DNA of 64,000 nt from Octopus vulgaris (Eukaryota): NCBI GenBank assembly GCA_951406725.2, contig OX597814.1, positions 86,180,001 through 86,244,000 on the forward strand, written 5' to 3'. The stretch's first letter is position 1. The number at the start of each line of letters is the position of its first letter. The translations under genes were made by a program, and so were the position numbers. Below the pieces are notes generated by a model that ran no database searches, had not been told where the DNA came from, and saw only the letters and a list, made by a program, of their open reading frames with translations. Positions 57,855 through 64,000 of this stretch are shown here, piece by piece.

Positions 57855-58830
57855 AGCACTGCTGGTCCTGATGATGAAATTTCATACAGAATCAGCAGGG
57901 CTAGTAGTGCTTTTGGTAAACATGTTAGGCGTCTGTGGAAGCAAAATAATATATCTTCACAAATTAAAGTTAAGGTATATAACACATGCGTCCTCCCATC
58001 TTTGCTATATAGAAGTGAGGCATGGGTTGTTTACTGTAGGCAGGTAAGGCAACTGGAACGATTTCATCAACACTGTCTGAGAAAAATTTTGGGATAAACT
58101 GGAAAATGGCCATTAGTAATGTAGAGGTGCTTGAAAGGAATGGCAGTAGAAGTATAGAGTCAATGATTTTGCAAAGACGTTTGTGGTGGTGGAGGACATT
58201 TGGTAAGGATGAGTGATGAGCGACTGCCCAAGCAGTTATTGTATGGTGAGCTGGAAGATGGCAGGAGACCAGCGCCTAAGCCTAAACTAAGGTTTAAGAA
58301 TTGCCTTTAAAATGCTCGAATATAGACAGGAATTGCAGCTGGTAATTGGGAGAGGGAGGCACAAGACCGTGATGGATGAAGATAGTACATGGTGGTTGTT
58401 CAAGGTTTGAGAGGGAGAGAGTGAAGCATGAGAGAATACGAGGGGACTTAGAAGGGGGAAACCTGTAGAAAGTGAGATAGTGTTGTTGTTTATGTGTGTG
58501 GTTTGTGGGTGGAGGTGTTTGAGTTGTGCAGGCCTGGTGAGCCAGCAAAATTCTCATAGAAATCAACCCATGATAAACAATGATGTGGCTATCAAAATTC
58601 ATAACAGAACGTGTGTAAAATGTGGAAGGGTATGCCTCTCAGTTGGAGGTCTAAAAAGACATGTTAAGAGAGGGCATATGGTGGCACCTGTTTCTCCTGC
58701 CAGCCAGCACAGTTGTCTAGTATGTAATAAAATGTGTAAAAGCTTGGCCGGGCTTAAAAGTCATATAAGAGTATCACATGGCAACAATCATGAATCGTTT
58801 CAGTAAGTCTTCTTGGCAATGGCTTTGCAG
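57855..58830 (+). mobile_element. RTE-clade LINE 3' fragment with C-terminal zinc fingers
   Basis: [17 protein letters not shown]...LWKQ...[20 protein letters not shown]...[30 protein letters not shown]; frameshifted; CxxC..GL..H motifs at 58490-58770. Confidence 0.88.
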
Positions 58831-58879
58831 TTGTGATGCATATATGTATTTGTGTATGTGTGAGTGTAACGAAAAAGAG

Positions 58880-59103
58880 AGATTATCTACACAAAAGTCG
58901 ACCGCGTGTATACCGTTGGCGATTTTTTCCTCTGTCTTCCCTTATCTGGATCTTTCCTTCTCCTATGTTTCCGACGAAGAGCTCCGCTCGAAACGTTAAA
59001 CCCTCCTTCTTCCCTTCCTTCCTGAGCGTCCAATAATACTATATTTGTTCTACGTCCTCGCGTTTTTGTGTTTTCTCTTTGTGTTTTCATGTTTGGATTA
59101 ACT
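58880..59103 (+). mobile_element. Penelope-like terminal-repeat fragment ending in (TA)n, hammerhead variant at 58967-59001
   Basis: gttt-CCGACGA-a-GAGC(tcc)GCTC-GAAAC-GTT-aaac; related to 49360-49555, 36640-36830 and 40190-40272. Confidence 0.7.
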
Positions 59104-59270
59104 ATATATATATATATATAAATAAAGCATTTAAGCCTTTTCAGATCTGCGCAATATACATGTGGGGTGGAGTAAAGAGTAGATAGATATTAAAGTGTGA
59201 AAATTCTGAGAAATACTGAGAAATTCTTAGAGAAAAGTGGGGGAATATAAATGGAAGAAAACTGTGAGAG

Positions 59271-59325
<55 letters not shown>

Positions 59326-59497
59326 CTCTCTCAGTGAAGAGGGCGACGAAGATGCATATAGAAATAAGAGATAGAGATGAAAGGTAGGGGAGAAGTTGAG
59401 AGAATAATAAACTTGGATTAGGATAAACTGAAAGATAGGGTGACAGAAAACTTGGTCAGATAGAGTTGCTACAGAGAGAGGGGGGCAGGCAGGCACG

Positions 59498-59541
<44 letters not shown>

Positions 59542-60352
59542 CGGTAAGCAGGTAGGGCGGCTGGTAGACAGACTATCAAACAGAAGAGAGGTGACGCTGA
59601 AAGAGAGAATGAAGGAAAGAAGAGAAGAAAGAAAGAGATGGAGAGAAGAGAGATGAGGGAGAGAAGGAGAAAGAACGATTTCCCGTCCGGCATTGCTGGC
59701 AGCATAGTTTAATAAGTGAGCTGGTGACACTTAGTTGTAGGATGTCCAGCGGCCATCTTATCACTTTGATAGGAAATCAGAAGGAGGTTCAATATGAAAA
59801 GCAGCGGGTGTGTGAGGTGGCGGCGGCGGTGGTGAGTAGCTCGGTTCATAGTAAAACTAGATTGTATGAAGAAAAAGATGAAGAGATAATGAAGAAAAGC
59901 TAATTAAATCATGTGAAAAGAGGAAGGTTAATTGAAGAGAAAATGATATTAAGAAGTAGTGATGAGGGAATATTGGAGAAAATGTGTTAAATAAGTGAAA
60001 AGATGAGTGGCTTATGGGATATATGTGTGTATGTGAGCGTGAGTGTGTGTGTGTGTGTTTGTGTGTTCGCGCGCGTTTGTATGGTGGGTATTTGTGTGTA
60101 GGTTTTTATGTATAAATGCTCTTCTGTACTGTTTGTGTGCAGCAAATCTGTTTGTGCACGTATGTGTGTGTATGAGAGAGAGGAGAGGAGGAGGAAGTAT
60201 AGGAAGAGGGGAAAGAGTCAAGGCGCGGACCTTATGTTTCTATATTGGAGTGTTTTGTATGTATGTATATTAAGACATACGTGTTTCAGCATGTGCATTA
60301 TGCGTGTGCCTGTTTGTTCACCTATCCATGTATGCATGTGCATGTGTGTGTT

Positions 60353-60460
<108 letters not shown>

Positions 60461-60923
60461 GGGGGGTGTACGTGCACTTGACTACTTATCAACACCGGGC
60501 ACGTATTCCATGTATGAATATGGATATGTCGCCTAACAATCAAAAGGTCGCGAGTTCCATCTCAATGCACGGTGTCTTGGACAAATTTTATTTACCATTA
60601 GCTGGCGGGTGGGGTAACCCAAATCTTGGGTAGACGGAAGCTGTAAAAAAAAAACCCCACGGTATAGACTACACCAGCAATTCAAAAGACCAAACATGTA
60701 AAACTGAGTCACGCTGATTCTGCCAAAGGATTACTTTAAAGATATCAATGTCTGTGGTGTACTCAGCCATTAACACGCTAATTCAAAGACTTGTTAGTCC
60801 TATTGAGCAAATCAATGGAATATTCATCGTCTAAACCGACGATAAAACATTTACATTTTTACATGCCGCTTTTTTGATACTATAAGCCTGTATGTATGTC
60901 AAACTGTGTGCATATGTGTGAGC

Positions 60924-60974
<51 letters not shown>

Positions 60975-61242
60975 AGCGTTTGTGTGAAACGCATATATCC
61001 ATAGGAACACTTCTATCTTATCGTGCGTATGTATAAATACATACACATACATACTTAAAAACATACATACATGCATACATACATGCATACATACATACAT
61101 ACATACATACATACATACATACATACATACATACATACATACATACATACATGCATACATAATGTTCGTGCGATCACATCTAAGTATGTGATTACATATA
61201 ATGTATATGCATAAGTGGGCATGCATGCGTGCTGCAGCTGCC

Positions 61243-61282
<40 letters not shown>

Positions 61283-61643
61283 TCAGCAGCAGTTTTTTTT
61301 GTTGTTGTTGATGTTTTTGTTGTTGTTTTAGCTAACGTATATGAAAATGTTAGTGCCCTAGCGTTAGCATATATGTGAGCGCGTGTAATAAGTACATGCG
61401 TATGTATATCTGTCAGAGGAAGAGAGAGAGAGAGAGAGAAGAAGACAATCAATAAAAGAAAAGGGAGAGAGAGGGAGAGAGAGAGGTAAAGGGAAAGAGA
61501 GAAAGTCTGTGGTGTTCTTCTTTTCACTGATTAGCTGGTTGACATTGTCAATCATTTTATTGAACTTAAAGGATGGAGGTGTGAACTTGTATGTGTGTCT
61601 GTACTCGCGGATAAAGTGCGCCTACGTGCGTGCGTGGGTGCTT

Positions 61644-61699
<56 letters not shown>

Positions 61700-61753
61700 G
61701 TATGTATATATATGATGTATTTATATATATATATATATATGTATGTATATATA

Positions 61754-61797
<44 letters not shown>

Positions 61798-61811
61798 ATA
61801 TATATATGATG

Positions 61812-61874
<63 letters not shown>

Positions 61875-62784
61875 ATATTTATATACATATATGTATGTGT
61901 ATATGTATATATATATATATATACACATATATTATGTATATAAATATATATTATATTATATTACATTATATCATATTATATTATGTGTGTATGTCTGTGC
62001 ATGTGTGTGTGTCGATATAGAGGTGGTTGTGTACATTGTACTTGAATAAGAGTACGCGTGTGTGTTTATATGTATAGATAGATGCGTGTCTTTATGTGCG
62101 CGTATGTGTGTTTGCGAGTGTGCATGCGTGTGTCCGTGCGTGAGCAAGAGAGAAGGTGTATGTGTGTGTGTGGCAGAGCGCAGAATAAATGTTTATAAGA
62201 GTGGAGTTAGTATTAAGAGTAGGGCGGAGGAAGAGGAGGAGGACGACGACGACGACAACGATAATGAAGAGGACGAGGACGACGACTAGAACGAGAAGGA
62301 GGAGGAGAGCTAAGTAGAAAGAGAATTAAGATCGAGAGGGAAAGGTAAACAAAACAGTCAAAGGGTGTGAAGAAGGAGTTAGAAGGCGGAGATTGTTGGA
62401 TGACGAAGAAGAGCAGGGAAGATATGAGAACCAAGAAAATGGTGCGAGAACGAGAGAGAGAGGGGGGGAGAGAGAGAGAGTGCATCAGAGAGAGGCCGAC
62501 AGACAGACTAACAGAGAGTGACAAAGCTGGGGAGTTGATAGCTAACATCAGATAATGAAAATTTTCTTAAGGACTTCAATGGTTTCGCTTGATGCTCTCT
62601 CTCATTTCGCCTAGAACAGGGGTTCCAACCAATTTTAAGCACCACGGACTGGTTTCATGCATGACAATTTGTTCCACGATCTGGGGATCAGGTACATAAC
62701 ACAATAAAGTGCGTAATATATAATTTGATTATTACATATATAAAACATATATGTTAAACATACACTTTACACATGTAATACATA

Positions 62785-63141
62785 TACTCTTTTACTTGTT
62801 TCAGTCATTTGACTGTGGTCATGCTGGAGCACCGCCTTTAGTCGAGGACTTATTCTTTGTAAGCCTAGTACTTATTCTATCGGTCTGTTTTGCCGAACCG
62901 CTAAGTTAGGGGACGTAAACACACCATCGTTTGTCAAGCGATTTTATATATACATACATATATATATATATATATACACGACGGGCTTCTTTCAGTTTTC
63001 GTCTACCAAATCTGCTCACAAAGCTTTGGTCGGCCCGAGGCTATAGTAGAAGACACTCGCCCAAGGTGCCACGCAGTGGGACTGAACCCGGAACCATGTG
63101 GTTGGTAAGCAAGCTACTTACCACACAGCCACTCCTACGCC
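62785..63141 (-). mobile_element. SINE family A
   Basis: Homology to 23933-24325. Confidence 0.85.
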
Positions 63142-64000
63142 TATACATAATTTTTAAAATCTTTTACTAGTCGACTCCAGTATTTTTTCTTAAAGTCTAG
63201 TTTCGATCGGTCTCTTTTGCCGAACCGCCAAGTTACGGGGACGTAAACACACTAACACCGGTTGTCAAGTGGTGATAAAATGACGATATTACAGTTTACA
63301 TATTTGGAAGACTGCAGCTCCTACATTGACAAGCATTGGAGACCACATCCAAATATGGTTACCAGACTAATGTACCAAGCCTCACTCACACATGACAACT
63401 GATAGCCCGCTCGTCATACAGTTATTATGCTCTCCCTCCTTCTCTCTTTTTCACTATCTCTATCTCTCCCTTTTTCACTATCTCTATCTCTCTCTTTCTC
63501 TCTGTTTCTTTTCTCTTCCTCTCTCTCTTCCTCTCTCTCCCCTCTCTCACTCTCTTACTCTCATTTCTTTATCGCTGTTACATCATTTTATGGTCCTCTA
63601 ATAAAGATGTATACCCTGAGCAAGTATCTACTGCCATAGACTCGGGTTCGAGTCTATGGTAGAAGATACTTGCCTAAGGCGCCGTGCAGTAGGATTGAAT
63701 CTGGAAATACGTGGTTGCAAAGAACTGTATTGTGTCCTACGTACGGAAAAAGGTAGAACCAAGTTCTGAGTTCTAACCCCAACAAAGTCGACTTTGTTTT
63801 GTTTTTTATTTTGGGGGGAATTAATAAAATAAGCACTAGTCCAATACTTGTTACCTTTTACCTGTATTAAAACCTTTGTTGTTGGTATTTAGATTTGGTG
63901 AGACTGATCAGGTTTATTTATGAATGTGTATATTTTGTTTGATAATGACAATTTAATTAGTTTCTAATACAATAATTTTTTTTCTTTTTGTTTTGTTTTT

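Noticed and set aside
58480-58806. Host C2H2 zinc-finger gene
   Set aside because: Contiguous with the decayed RTE reverse-transcriptase tail and lacks TGEKP linkers
62200-62560. Acidic EEEEDDDD ORF as a possible C-terminal T-box exon
   Set aside because: Purine-rich low complexity, in-frame stops and no convincing acceptor in the required phase

Overview
AT-rich, microsatellite-saturated eukaryotic genomic DNA; the (TA)n/(CA)n/(TACA)n/(TAGA)n density and SINE repertoire suggest an octopus/cephalopod genome (inference). One host gene crosses the window on the + strand: a T-box transcription factor most similar to the Tbx6/Tbx16 class. I can assemble six GT-AG exons with consistent phases: 7636-7792, 19854-20043, 28018-28285, 35799-35945, 36416-36483 and 54418-54479; no stop codon was found, so it probably continues past the window. 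The introns hold several tRNA-derived SINE families, R4/Dong-type RLE LINE fragments sitting in microsatellites, RTE and CR1-like LINE fragments, a mariner relic, Tigger/hAT/piggyBac/Tc1 MITEs and a Helitron. The most interesting signal is about a dozen minimal, Penelope-type hammerhead ribozyme motifs in short dispersed repeats. They include a TSD-flanked fold-back retroelement with back-to-back tRNA-like Pol III heads, each followed by (AAT)n and a hammerhead (15802-16990, with a deleted second copy at 21001-21300), and subfamilies with consistent non-canonical catalytic cores. Almost all ORFs in the supplied track are microsatellite artefacts.
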